Assembly (NCBI GenBank): GCA_946965045.2
Contig: OX337229.1
Span: forward strand, 2,294,001-2,358,000
Direction: 5' to 3'
Length of the DNA: 64,000 bases
Source of the DNA: Epithemia pelagica
Taxonomy: Eukaryota > Protista > Bacillariophyta
Shown here piece after piece: positions 13,736 to 25,264 of the stretch. The notes beneath the pieces were generated by a model. That model searched no databases. It was given only the letters and a program-made list of their open reading frames with translations, and had not been told where the DNA came from. The translations under genes and the position numbers were made by a program. How positions within the stretch are numbered: the first letter of the stretch is position 1; the number at the start of each line of letters is the position of its first letter.

Positions 13736-14952
13736 TTAGAAATTACTAGTGGCACGAGCAGCATTTTGATGAAGTTGTGGCATGTATGTCGTCTGGATTT
13801 GATTAAATCCAACAGTTGATGCTCTAAAGTTGTATAGAAGAACAATCAACCGTAGAATGACTCGGCGCTCTCCAACCTCTTCATAGGGGAGACGGTCTTT
13901 GAGGCGAGGGAAAGATGCCTGTAGACCTCTCATCCCCCACTCCGACAATTGCCGAACAGAAGTCGCGGCACGGAACAGTACGCGTCTAATCCGAACATTA
14001 CCATCGTCGTCAAAATTTGACTGATGCGACTTAAGCAAGGAAGGACGGTTTCCCCTTCCAAAGGCAGAATCAACTACCACGCGGGCTCCACCATTATCTC
14101 TTCCCGCTCATGTAGTTCATCTAACTTGTTGTAGATGTTTGAAATAGAGGCAAGTGTAGAGTCATGCCATGAACCTGGAGCGTTTATGAAACAAACACGG
14201 ATTTTGCCATCCGGTGAGTAGAGAACGAGATTGGACACATAGTGGTCGTGAGTCCATCCATTGTAAAACATGTTTTGTGTCAACAGATTTGCGGCAACAC
14301 AGAGCTTCAAACCGTCCATGGCTGCCCAAATGTTGGTGAGACACGGGTACTCGGCTTGGATTGACTGTTTGAATACAGCAATTTCTTCAGGTGTTGGAAG
14401 CTTGACCTTGGCGTCTGGGTGCTTCGCAAGGACCTTTACCAGGATCCTTCTTCCGAATCTAAGCCACACTGATAAGGGGTTGGCTGTGAAGCCGAATTTC
14501 AATTGTAGTACTTTCCTGGATCCTCGAGTACGGGTCCATGCCAGCACAAGTCCTAGACACATGACTGCTGTAATTTTCCTGCGCCTACCACGATTCCTCC
14601 TTGTAAGTCGTCGCATGTGTCCACGATTGTTATGTGACTGTGGGTAAGGAGTGTAGGCTTTGAACATCGGTCTGAACAGGGTTAGAAGCTGATTGAACGC
14701 TGCATGATCAAAACCACAAAGGGTGATTAACGCGTCATCCTGCATTGACCTAAAGAGGTGCATAAATGCAGAGTTAAGGGGGTCATGTAACGCATTTCTG
14801 CGGATTACGGACCTACGCAGTTGGTTGTATTCGTCTACTTCGTTGTTGCTCTGTTGCTGGAGAAGCAACATCATCAGAATGGAAGCTTCCTCCATTGTAT
14901 TAGTTCTTGTATGGTGGAGGGAGACGAATGAGCTCTGGGGGAGATTAGGCAT
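13736..14952 (-). pseudogene. Harbinger DDE transposase (DDE_Tnp_4-like), frameshift near 14090
   Basis: WAAMDGLKL, QNMFYNGW, NAPGSWHDS, VVDSAF and RQLSEWGMRGLQASFPRL are split over two frames. Confidence 0.85.
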
Positions 14953-15444
14953 GCATGTACACGTGTATCCAAAGATAGGTTGTGTTTTTGTTGGATTTGA
15001 CCTATTTTGTATTCAGGACATAGGATAAACTTAAACTTAAACCTAATGGTTGCGTTTGTATTTATGTTTGTGTCCATTGCACTTTCAGTAAACACCCAAT
15101 AATGAACAGGGTGGGCTGAGAACACAACCATCATCTGGTGTTGCGCAACCAACAAACACAGCAGTTAACAATATGGAGGAGGACAACGTTGGTGTAAATA
15201 TTCTCACTGGACCTGAAATGCAACGAGCATTGCAGAATATGAGCAATGGACCCAGTGAGTATGATGGAGGTGATTTTGATCCTAATGAGAGACATTTTCC
15301 CGCTGGAGGACTTGTCAGTAAGTTGTTAGATGCACGGAATGGAGGAGGACAATTTGTCGGTGAGACGGCTCTACTGACGGGGGTGTTTGTGGGCTGAATG
15401 CATCAGGTGATACATTTGCTAACGACGTTTCTTCCCTTTCGGAT

Positions 15445-16706
15445 ATGTCGTCATCTTCGTCATCTACTTTGCTAACAACAGGGCCTGATCAGGCGATGGA
15501 AACTCTTCTACAAGATGATTTTCAAAATCAGTTGGCACAGGAAACACAGACAACAACAGTGCACCATAATCAATCATCTTGCCCGACAAGTACAATTGTA
15601 ACATCCACTACACACAAAGTTTCTGTCGAAAAGGACAAGAATAAGAAGCAAAAGCCGAAGAAAAAGCCCGAGGTGGTATCGGAGAAGTTTTTTGATACAT
15701 TTGTTCGGAAGGTGGCATGGCGTTATGCCAAGTATTTCTCCATCTCCGAAGATACTAAGGCAGATCCGAATGGTCTTTGGGGGAAGTATGGCAAAACATA
15801 TTTTTCTGAGCACTATTTCAAAGGCAAAGGCATTACGGATGCAAAACAACAAGAGGAGTGGTGGATTGAACATTCACCATACATGCTTGACAAGTTCCGA
15901 AGCAAACGATCAAATGTTCTGGCTTCCATGCGAAAAGCATTCATAAGTAAGTGTCAATCAAAGAGTGAATGTGTTGGTTCATCACGTCGTCTTCTCACAA
16001 AGAGATGTGAGATAATTTGTTGTGGAATCTAGAGCATGTGGGTCTTGATCTATGGCGTGACAATAATTTCCAGTGGAGCTATCCATGCCTTTTGAATGAC
16101 TGTGAAGACTTTGGGCCAATGCCTAACCTGGAAGAATGTCTGTTATTGAGAGGAGAGAAGTGTGACAACTACGCCTATTCATATCTATTGCAATTGTTTG
16201 GTCCATGTGTCTATGGTGAGAATATGCATAAAACCGTGATTGATTTCAATTTTGGTGAAAACAGTGAGCAGCAGGGAAAGGAACATTGCGAAAAGGCCTT
16301 GAAGTTATTCACTTCAAGTGACGAGGCATTCATATTGACCATCCTTGTGGATTGCTGGGATGTGTGGACTCACATGGGCAAGACCACTTTCAAGGCAAAA
16401 CTATTTGAAGTAAATCCAAGGTGGTACAATGAAAATGGTGTTGATCAAATGATTGATACATCCTCAGCAAGGTATCCTCGCTTCAAATATTCAGGCAGTT
16501 GGAACTCAAGTCGATGTATGAATGAGGATGGTATGGACTATTTTGAGGATATGGAAGAGAAAATCGCTCGTGAAGACAGAGCAGGCAACCGCAGTATCTG
16601 GTTCATGGAGTTCCTCAATCGGCAATATCGCTCTCGTATGGGGTATGCAGATGATGATGCTGTGACAAGGCCTTCTAAAAGGCCACGAAAACGGTCGTGG
16701 CAGTGA
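15445..16706 (+). CDS. Spliced hypothetical protein (intron 15947-16032), probably TE-associated
   Basis: GTAAGT donor and TAG acceptor join the two ORFs in frame (MRKAFI-K-HVGLDLW). The TSSDEAFIL...W...GMDYFE motif recalls accessory ORFs of large diatom DNA elements (from memory, unverified). Confidence 0.55.
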
Positions 16707-16915
16707 TTGATCAGAGTGACAATTGGTTTCATTTCATATACTACTCCTATATAGCTACATGTATTGTGTTCCATTCATTCGCTGGTTGCTAGTGGGAGTG
16801 TGTGCATGAAGCTAGTTGAATGCACTGTATTCAACTTGCTTGCACTTGATGCTGGAGTAATGCACATGATGGTGATGTGACACAATCAAGGATGAGTGCA
16901 TACATAAAAGGGTAT

Positions 16916-17030
16916 GTGATGACTGTTGGTTCTTGACTGTGCATGAAGGTGGACGAATGTGATGACTGCTGGTTCTTGACTGCGCATGAAGGTGGAGGGA
17001 TGTGATGACTATTGGTTCTTGACTGTGCAT
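16916..17030. repeat. 43-bp tandem repeat x~2.7
   Basis: GTGATGACT(G/A)(T/C)TGGTTCTTGACTG units start at 16916, 16959 and 17002. Confidence 0.85.
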
Positions 17031-17152
17031 GGTGTTGGAGTTGGTGAAATGTGGGTCATGCGCTTGCTGGTTCTGGAAAAATAACGTGAGGAAGGGGCAC
17101 GCGCATGTTCTTGTAGGTGTGCACATGTTCTTGTAGGTGTGCGCGTGTCCTG

Positions 17153-17460
17153 CGCGCGGATGATTCTAGTAGGATGCGCTTAGGGGTGCTTTCTTATCGA
17201 TAATTAAACCGCCATAAACTGGCGTACCGTTCCTTCCTTAGATACACCGTTTCCCTTATTCGTCGTTGACACCAACGAGTTAATAGAACACTGCTACTTG
17301 CGAACCGGATCAAATGCTCATGAAGAATTAGATCGATCTTCGGATGTCCGCTAAAATCCACCTGACGATACTCCTTCATCGTCTCATGAGCTCGGAGTGT
17401 CCCCCAGAGCATGCCCGAAGGAGTGTGCGTTGCTTTTCCTGGTGCCCTTGGCTCTCTCAA
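17153..17460 (-). pseudogene. Fragment of a gag-like ORF (DIRS/Ngaro-like, tentative), copy 1
   Basis: PSGMLWGTLRAHETMKEYRQVDFSGHPKI; homologous to 19680-19812 and 21316-21414 in the opposite orientation. Confidence 0.5.
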
Positions 17461-17489
17461 GCTTTTGAAAACTGCCCTTACGCAGTGCG

Positions 17490-17770
17490 CTAACGTAGTC
17501 TCTCATTAGGGCGTTCAAATAGGCCCCCGCTATGTCTCTGCAGTAATCACTTTCCTCGAGCGCGTCGATGATCAACAACAACATGAGGAGAGCATCAGTG
17601 GATAGGGATGCGGACGCCGTTTCTCTTTTGTCGCACCCTCTAGTCGTCCTCTTTGGATGCTTGTTTCCATTCTTGCTGTCGTTGAAACCATCCTCAATCC
17701 TCACGGCGTCCCCGTTTTCTCTGCTCTTTTTGACGTCAAGATGGACGAGAACTTCTGGCGTTGTCACATG
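17490..17770 (-). pseudogene. Copia RT fragment
   Basis: KRETAS...STDALLMLLLIIDA...DIAGAYLNA. Confidence 0.7.
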
Positions 17771-17789
17771 ACTCAAAGAAAGTCTTGAA

Positions 17790-18320
17790 GGGCGTTTAAG
17801 CCGTGTTCAAACTAAAAGACGATAAGATCGAGCCGCCCGAGATGTACCTCGGCACAGAGCTTGGGGTATTGTCGATGGACGGAAGGGAGGCGTGGTATAT
17901 CTCATCCGAGAAGTACATCCGCGTGGCTGCTATTGAAAATATTGAAAAACAACTCACCGAGAAAGGACAGCGTCTTCCTACAGGATGCATTATGTGGGAC
18001 CAAGGGGCACTCCGGATGGAAATATCATTGGATTTCAGATTGTCCGCAATTTCCAACCTGGCATCTCTGAGAAGGTAGACTATGAAGCATGTCAAATTGT
18101 CAAGACATTTGTTATCTACGAAGATGCAATTCCGATTGTGGTGGGGAGGAGGAAGAGGAGGCAAAGGCCGATCAGAATTGGTTTGTCGTCGAGTGGAGAG
18201 CAAAGGCTTGGGTTCAGTGACGCTTCCGCATGAAGTCTATATGAAAGATCTTCCACACGGATTTTGGCAGAATTATTGGAGGTCGTAGGGATTTGTTATG
18301 GTGGTTGGATTGGAAATTTT
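17790..18320 (+). pseudogene. Copia RT C-terminal fragment of the copia-B type
   Basis: FKLKDDKIEPPEMYLG...WYISSEKY parallels YTIKPDSIKPPDEYLG...WAMSADKY in copia B. Confidence 0.7.
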
Positions 18321-19169
18321 CCCTGGAAGTAAATCAGCTCAAATGTTGCACAAAGAATTACCACTCATGTGGAAGATAATTGCTCCGTCGGGCGATTGGC
18401 ATAAGTAGGAAAATCCATACATTGTGGGAACATCGAGATGGGAATACGGATGGCATCGCGGACCACGTCCAGATTGGGTCTCACCTTTGACATCCCAATG
18501 CACACTGGACATGACTGTTTTTCAACTGCGACAACAATGGAGGTCGACATTTGCGCGTTCATTGGATGGCTCCCGCAAGCAGACCACATCAAAGGCTACT
18601 ACACATATTTCAGCATAAATGAATTCCCTCCTTGTACCAACCCCAGCACCTTTTTTGATGAACAAGGGTCTTTTTCAATGCTACGAGACAGAATTTCCAG
18701 AGTTGCCATTGTGCCTCGTTTTTCTGTTGTAATGAATGGTAACACAAACAAGATGAAGTCATTGGCTAATCGTAAGGCTTTTCCAATGGGAGGTGAACCT
18801 CCATACATGTGGTCAAGAACATTCATGTGTGACCGCTACCGACGGTACAACAAGAAGCATAAACAGCCACCGGTTAATAGCATTTAAAAGGAACACCAAA
18901 ACGTCTTATTTCACAATCACAAGAGAGGCAACAGCAGGGGAATGGATGGGGAAAAGGGTCCACGGAAGGTTGTATACGCCAACACACTGATTGCCCCCCA
19001 CACCACTATCCCAACCACCGAACCCATGGACACCAATTCCGACTCACCGTCCAGTCCTCCCCCCCAGCGAACCTGAAGTCAGACTTTAAAGATCTCCAGG
19101 AGCAGGCGGAGACTGATGCCATTGTTGTTGGGTCCATCATTTTTCCGTCTCGAGGATTTTGTTATACGT

Positions 19170-19812
19170 GGTTGTCACGGCATGATATCGGATCGGATCC
19201 ACATGTCTTTGTGGATGCTGTGTCTATCCTGTCTTTAGCTACGTCCGACATAAGCTTAGACGAGGAGCGAGCAGCAAACTTACGTGTGACGACAGCAAAA
19301 GTTGTCAGCCTCATTCAGTTTGGAAGAAGTTCCTCCGCTGTTGGGAAAAGGGGCAGACCAATCTTTGACGGCAAATTCAAGGGCTTTGGGACGTGTTCCG
19401 AAATATGAAGATTTTCATCCCCCATCGGACAGGGAACGAATCCTTGATCACGTGAAGGATGGCCGTCGTACGCTAGAACAAGCAATGGGGGTCCTTTTTG
19501 CATTCGGAACTGAGCCAGCAAGCCTCGCCCATGAGCTCTTGCTGCAAAGCAAGACCTTTTGGGACGATCTTTGCCATGGGATCGTTCGTTATTGTCAGCA
19601 GATCCAAGCGGAAAGCGAAGCCAGCGGACAGGAGGTTTGGATATTGATTTCACATTGCGTCAGGGCCGTGTTCCGCAGCCTGCGTGAAGCGCGTGCACCG
19701 GGACGAGCGACAAACACCCCTTCAGGAATGTTATGGGGCACGTAGGAGTATCGGCAGGCTGACTTTAGCGGTCACCCGAAGATAGCCCTGATTTTACACG
19801 AACATCTCATTC
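19170..19812 (+). pseudogene. Gag-like ORF fragment (DIRS/Ngaro-like, tentative), copy 2
   Basis: SFSLEEVPPLLG...VWILISHCVRAVFRSLREARAPG...PSGMLWGT...EYRQADFSGHPKI, with a small internal deletion relative to copy 1. Confidence 0.5.
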
Positions 19813-20350
19813 CGACTACTAACACGTTTCCCATGGCCGAACCACGACCCAACCGCTAACCAAAAGCCGATCCACCCCCGCCCATCGGTTGGAAACACAT
19901 ACAACGCAAGGCGGCCACAACATGGACCATGGAATCCCTCCATGGTCTCCGAAAGAACAAACAAAACCAACTCCATCGGCTCCTGCTTCGCATCTTTCGC
20001 CACCATGGTAAAACCCAGAGACCAGCGATGGCCGAAAACACGATACCCCAACTCGTCGCAAATTCTACGGAGTAGAGACACCAATCCCCCAGCAAGTCAT
20101 CGAACAGGCAAACCAAAAGAGCAAATGACCAAACCAAACTCGACAATGACCGGGCCAACCCACCGGTCAACAACAACAACAAGCGAAAGACACGGAACCC
20201 ACCACAACGAACCAAGCCACGTCGACAGCACCATCGGCCACCACCTACTCCCCCGCCAGCGCCCCTATGCCCAAGCAACGACAACCCAAGAGTCGACCAC
20301 CAAACCCACCACCATCCAAACAGAAACCAAGTCCGCCAAGACACTCACCA
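19813..20350 (+). pseudogene. Probable LINE ORF2 C-terminal remnant
   Basis: IGWKHIQ...TW motif in one frame; otherwise decayed and low complexity. Confidence 0.35.
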
Positions 20351-21479
20351 GGCACCAATCCATCTGCCCCCCAGATTCTCGGTGCAAGACCAGGGCGTTG
20401 CTGGCTTATGGGCTGATGTGGTTGATCACGTACCAAGACAAGGGCACATATAATATTGCCCGACAGTGTCGTTCATGTGATCAGCACATTGCCCAAATAT
20501 ATACTGTGCAACTGACCAGTAGCTCATGAATGGCAATACAGAATGTGCTCGAAAATATTCGAATACTATATTGGGTCCATCGTATACCTTTACACCCAGC
20601 AACCACTGTTCGACCTCGAAAAAGGGTGAGTCTAAGAGAATGCTTACGTTCGTGGATTAACCAACCAAGAATGCAAAGATGTTCACACGCATTGAGCGAT
20701 TCGAGATCACACATGTGACTAATAAAGCCTGGTAGGAGTCTTGCCACATTTTGCGTGACAGTAAGAAATCAAGAATCGATCTCTATTGCTACAATAGAGC
20801 GCAGAGGACCAGGTAGGAACAATGATGAAAGTGACAAAGCAACAAGTCTGGGTGAAGCCTTATAGTGGTGTGGAGGTATACCGCGCTCCGACGAATGTAC
20901 AACTTGTTCGAGAGAGGCTTGGAAAGACGCCGAGGCAGGTAGACGTGGTGGTGCGGGGAGCACAGTATGGAGCCAGCACTTATGAGGCAGTTTAAAACGA
21001 ATGTAGAACGTGATGATTATCGATGATAGAGGTTTTGGCTAAAGGCCCGGGAGAAATTAAATAAAGAGCACGCCCGTGATTGCTTTCGGGCCAATTACTT
21101 TGGAGCAATCATGTAAATAGTGCTCTATGGACTGAACGTTCTAGCGAAGGCAAAATGTGATGGTGAACGGAAAAGAGGTTGAAATCGAGGAGGCATGTAA
21201 TCGAAGACATGATTGCTAGTACAATGTTTCATATCGAGATTGTAACAGGATGCTATGTCTAAGATCATGTGGTGTCAGTATTTCTTGTAAACTCAAGGAT
21301 TTCCATTAGAAGGTACGGTTTTCATCTAAGGAGGGAACAGTACGCCAGTTTACGGCGGTTTAATTATCGAGAGGAAAGCGCCCCTTAGCGCAACCTGCTG
21401 GGATCATCCGCGCGTCCTACTGATAACACGCGCAATCCTAGCATTTTGAGTCCCTTGAAGATCATGTAGGGTGGAAGAG

Positions 21480-21777
21480 TGATGTCAGTAATCACTGACT
21501 GGTCGTTGGTTTGAATCTCGGCGACACCCCGGCCGCCACCACGTCCCTGTCCGCCACGACCCCGGCGACCGAATCCACGGCCACCACCACGGCCACCACT
21601 GTGCGAAGTCCCGCCCCGCATCCGCTCGCGATCCTGATAGATGTATGCGTGACCGGTGGGTCCAAGGAGACGCATCTCCTGCGACGAGAAGCGGCGATTG
21701 ACATTGGTGACATCAGCGCCATAAAACATGTAGACCCCGTTCTCATGGCTGAGTCCAGCGAAATTGCACGAAGACAC
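21480..21777 (-). pseudogene. Copia gag C-terminal fragment (RGG-rich)
   Basis: GADVTNVNRRFSSQEMRLLGPTGHAYI...GGRGGGRGFGRRGRGG. Confidence 0.55.
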
Positions 21778-21788
21778 GCTTCTTTGAC

Positions 21789-22030
21789 ATGAAGGAAATC
21801 ATACATCGAGCCTTTGAAGGTGATGATTCTTCTAATCCTTGGAATAGGATTCAACCGTTGATTCATGGGTTCAATGAGAACCGTCGTCGGACAGTTGCAG
21901 TCTCGTCAACGATGACTCTCGACGAGATCATGAGTCCCTTCCAAACGAGGACAACTAAAACATCATCCCTTCCACACCTTTCGTACATCCAACGAAAGCC
22001 CAAACCCCTTGGAACAGAGACGAAGGTACG
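21789..22030 (+). pseudogene. piggyBac-like transposase fragment
   Basis: PWNRIQPLIHGFNENRR...TLDEIMSPF...TTKT..LPHLSYIQRKPKPLGTE matches the DE-SM...RKPEPLGTE motif as recalled for piggyBac-like DDD transposases. Confidence 0.6.
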
Positions 22031-22145
22031 TAGTGGCTTGCTCTTTCTCTGTTGCTGATTATTTGGTCTTTTTGAGTTCATCCATTTGTTTCTTCTATCG
22101 TTAACCACATGCAGGCTACCGCGGACGTAAAAACTGGCTGCATGG

Positions 22146-22420
22146 ATGGACAGGACGAGGTGGTTAGTCTCGATGCGTAATTACAAGGCCTCGATGGAGA
22201 TTCTTCTTCGAAATGACGAGCTCATTAATGAAACAATATACGAGTACCAACGACTCGCTGATGCTTTCTTCAAGGAATGGGTAATCCTCTATGGAGAGGA
22301 AGCCATAACTAACTATGCACACTTGATCGGCAGTGCCCACATTGGGGAATACCTCATCCACTGGAAGAGATGGGAGGCATTCAATAGTCTCTTCAAGTCC
22401 TTTTTTATTAAGACCCCATC
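22146..22420 (+). pseudogene. Transposase C-terminal fragment (CMC/Plavaka-like, tentative)
   Basis: FFKEWVILYGEEAITNYAHLIGSAHIGEYL..W..WEAFNSLFKSFF. Confidence 0.45.
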
Positions 22421-23371
22421 TCCAAGACGGCGCAGAAGTAGCATCCTGAAGAGACCACGAGAAGCTGATGATGACAACAGGACGCAAGAGCAAGTTTCAA
22501 TCTCCAACGAGACATTGGACCATGAAAGAAAACATACAATGAGAATGGAGAACAATGTAAAGTTCACCACTCCTGCTACCCACCAGAACAACAACAAGCA
22601 GCACGTGAGTCGGAGTCATCAAGCAACAGCTGATTCGCCATTTGTTTCCGAAATTCTTCATGCCGGATTTCTTCGATGTGATGGAAGAATACCGTTTGGA
22701 ACCCGAATCGTTTGAACGTCGCCGACATGGTCGTCTTGTGCTACGATGTTGAGGTGCACCGGAAGCAGACGTGTCCTTAGAGGCTCGAATTGCAAGTCAG
22801 CGTGAACACCCACTTCTTGAAAATCACGTGCGGCGTACATACGGAGGACGTCTTGCAGGTCACTGTGGATGTGTTCCGGAGTGAAGAGGACGGAGGATCG
22901 AACCGCGGGCGATGGGGATGGCGAATGACAGGTAAGAGTGTAGCGGAACGCATTCAGGCCGAGAAGGCGATTCTAACGAATGAACATCACGAGATGAAGG
23001 AAAGTGGGAGTAGAACTCATCATAAGACTCTAGGTTGTCCAATCACCTCGCTTATAAAAGCGTCATCACGACATAGAGACGCGGGCGTAAGCAGCAAGAC
23101 CTGGGGCTAACCACAACAGACCGCAGAGGAAACAATGTATGGTATGGTAGGGTTCTTGCATATCCAGCATTGCTGGTGTGTCATTGTGGAAAATTTGCTC
23201 TTGACCAAGCATATATCATACAAGTAAATTCTTATTTTAAAGACTATCCGTATCTCGAGACATACACGAGGTGGAATCGTCTACCAGGGCCGGAGCGTTG
23301 GATTTGAGGGAGATAATTTAATAGGTTCGGGGGACAAAAAGGACAATTGGGACTGGTCCGTGAGCCGGGTT

Positions 23372-23736
23372 TTAGGAAGGATGGTTGTTGTCTCCTTCGG
23401 TGTTTGTGGTGGAATGAGCTGTGGAACGGCTGCACCTAAGGAATGTGAAGTATTGGCGCATATCCTGTTGTGGGGGTGAGGGGGGACGTCGAGTGGTTTC
23501 ATTAGGTGGCTTGTGTTGTGAATTGGCGGCTGTAGCCACAGGAAAAAACCTGCGGATGTCATGGGTCTTGAGGGTGTGTTGGGCCGTAGAACGCTTTTTT
23601 CCCGCGGCCACAACGGGTCCCATCATGGTGATCCAATAGCGAAGTTCTGCTGTCGACGACGAATCAAGTCGTTCTTGTAGCGGTTGCTCAAACGGGGTTC
23701 GATCTGCGCACGGTAAGGAGTTACTGTCACGGTACA
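23372..23736 (-). pseudogene. LINE ORF2 extreme C-terminus
   Basis: YRDSNSLPCADRTPFEQPLQERL...WITM...DMRQYF; in frame with 31771-31800 once copia A and one TSD are removed. Confidence 0.8.
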
Positions 23737-24337
23737 TAATACCTAGAACACCTATGTTGGCTATATCCTCCAATAGGTAGTTCTATAATCATGAAGAGTC
23801 CCGGAAAGTACGCGGCAGATCAATCGCATATAGCCTAGATTCCTGTATGAATCTAGATTAGGCACGATTGAGTCACGAAGATCTATTCACTCCTAATTTA
23901 TGTATACTCCACGATCGAACTAGTCCTATGTCTCATAGGCTATGTTATATTTATATTCTCCAAGATCCGCTGGACTTAACCGTATCGCGCTAATCGCGGA
24001 TTGAGGCATATCAACCGCGCGTAAAGAGTCGCAACGGATAGTCTACAGCGAACTATTACATCTAAACTATATATGCACCTCTAGGTGATATAGGCCTGTG
24101 CCGATGACCCTAAACGGCGATCTTTTCCGTCTAGAAGCCTTTTACACCTCGATCCAAGATCCAGGATCACCTTAATGGGAACCTGGGATCGAAAGGTCCA
24201 ATCTAGAAATGCACTTAATGTAATCACAATATTTTATCATCAACTATTCGAAAGCCTCTATCTTATCGTAATTATACCGTCTCCATCGTGTGTGTTTTGT
24301 TACACCCTATCTAACCTCCCTTCCTTCCAGCTTGTCA
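23737..24337 (+). repeat. 5' LTR of copia A (601 bp, TA...CA)
   Basis: Direct repeat of 31192-31770. Confidence 0.93.
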
Positions 24338-24351
24338 GATTAACAGTCTCA
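24338..24351 (+). promoter_or_regulatory. Primer-binding site complementary to a tRNA-Asn(GUU) anticodon arm (nt 27-40)
   Basis: GATTAACAGTCTCA; the reverse complement TGAGA-CT-GTT-AA-TC has anticodon stem-loop geometry. Confidence 0.75.
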
Positions 24352-25264
24352 TCGGCTTGATCACCCGCGGAGTTGTCTTTTCCAAGTTGGAAGGTTGGAC
24401 CTATCTCTAATCCATCCTCTTATCCATCATATACTACCCTACGACACGACGCGACGGTGACGACCGATTCTACGCGAGACTAAGACGAGCCTACGGGACA
24501 CAAGTGGAGACATCGGACTGATGGAGAGACCGCAGCTACCCGACCACGGCCAAGTACAAGTGGAGACAACGGACTGACGGAGAGACCGCAGCTATCCGAC
24601 CACGACCATCCGCATCCGACCACGACCAAGCGATCGACGGACATACGGAGATTTGCGGAGAACTATGAGAACATCGGAGAACGACGACGAGCATCCTACG
24701 GAGAACGAAGAACACGTCCGGGGACACAGGGAGTCACTGACATCTAGGGCTTGAGGGAAAGCGGTCTTGAAAGTACCACCCGACCTAGCCACCCCGTCTC
24801 AGCGCCAATCGTTGAGCGAGTACGATATCGAGAACGTGCAAGAGGTCTCTGCCTGGCATTCGCGTTGGACCTGGGGAACTACTAAGAACTGCCTTAGAGA
24901 AGCCCGAATCCGCCAGTGCGGCCGAACAGCGACTGCAGAATCCTTTTCGTGCATATCTGCTACGTCTGTTACTGATACTGAAGTCACGGGACCAGGTCAG
25001 TATTAGGTGAAAAGTAAGGGTAGCTCGTGTTCTACCATCAAGACCCACCAAGTAAATATTACGCACGCTTATCGTGTTTTCGTGGGATTCATGTTTCAAG
25101 CTTAACCAAGATTCACAAACAAGAATCAAGACATTCAAACACGACCAAATTTCAAGATCTACGACTAAAATTTCGTGCTACAAGACCAAGTTTCCAAGAC
25201 TCCGGTTCACACGATTCATCCATAAGACCCAAGTCTATTTGCCCAACCAATTCTTGCGGTCATA

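Larger units (their letters stand above)
12428..14952. mobile_element. PIF/Harbinger-like DNA transposon (convergent Myb/SANT-like and DDE genes); termini not resolved
   Basis: Two tail-to-tail genes with the canonical Harbinger domain pair. No convincing TIR found by eye. Confidence 0.8.

Noticed and set aside
18438-18887. 149-aa ORF
   Set aside because: No recognisable motif, start context or homologue in the window; cannot be supported as a gene.
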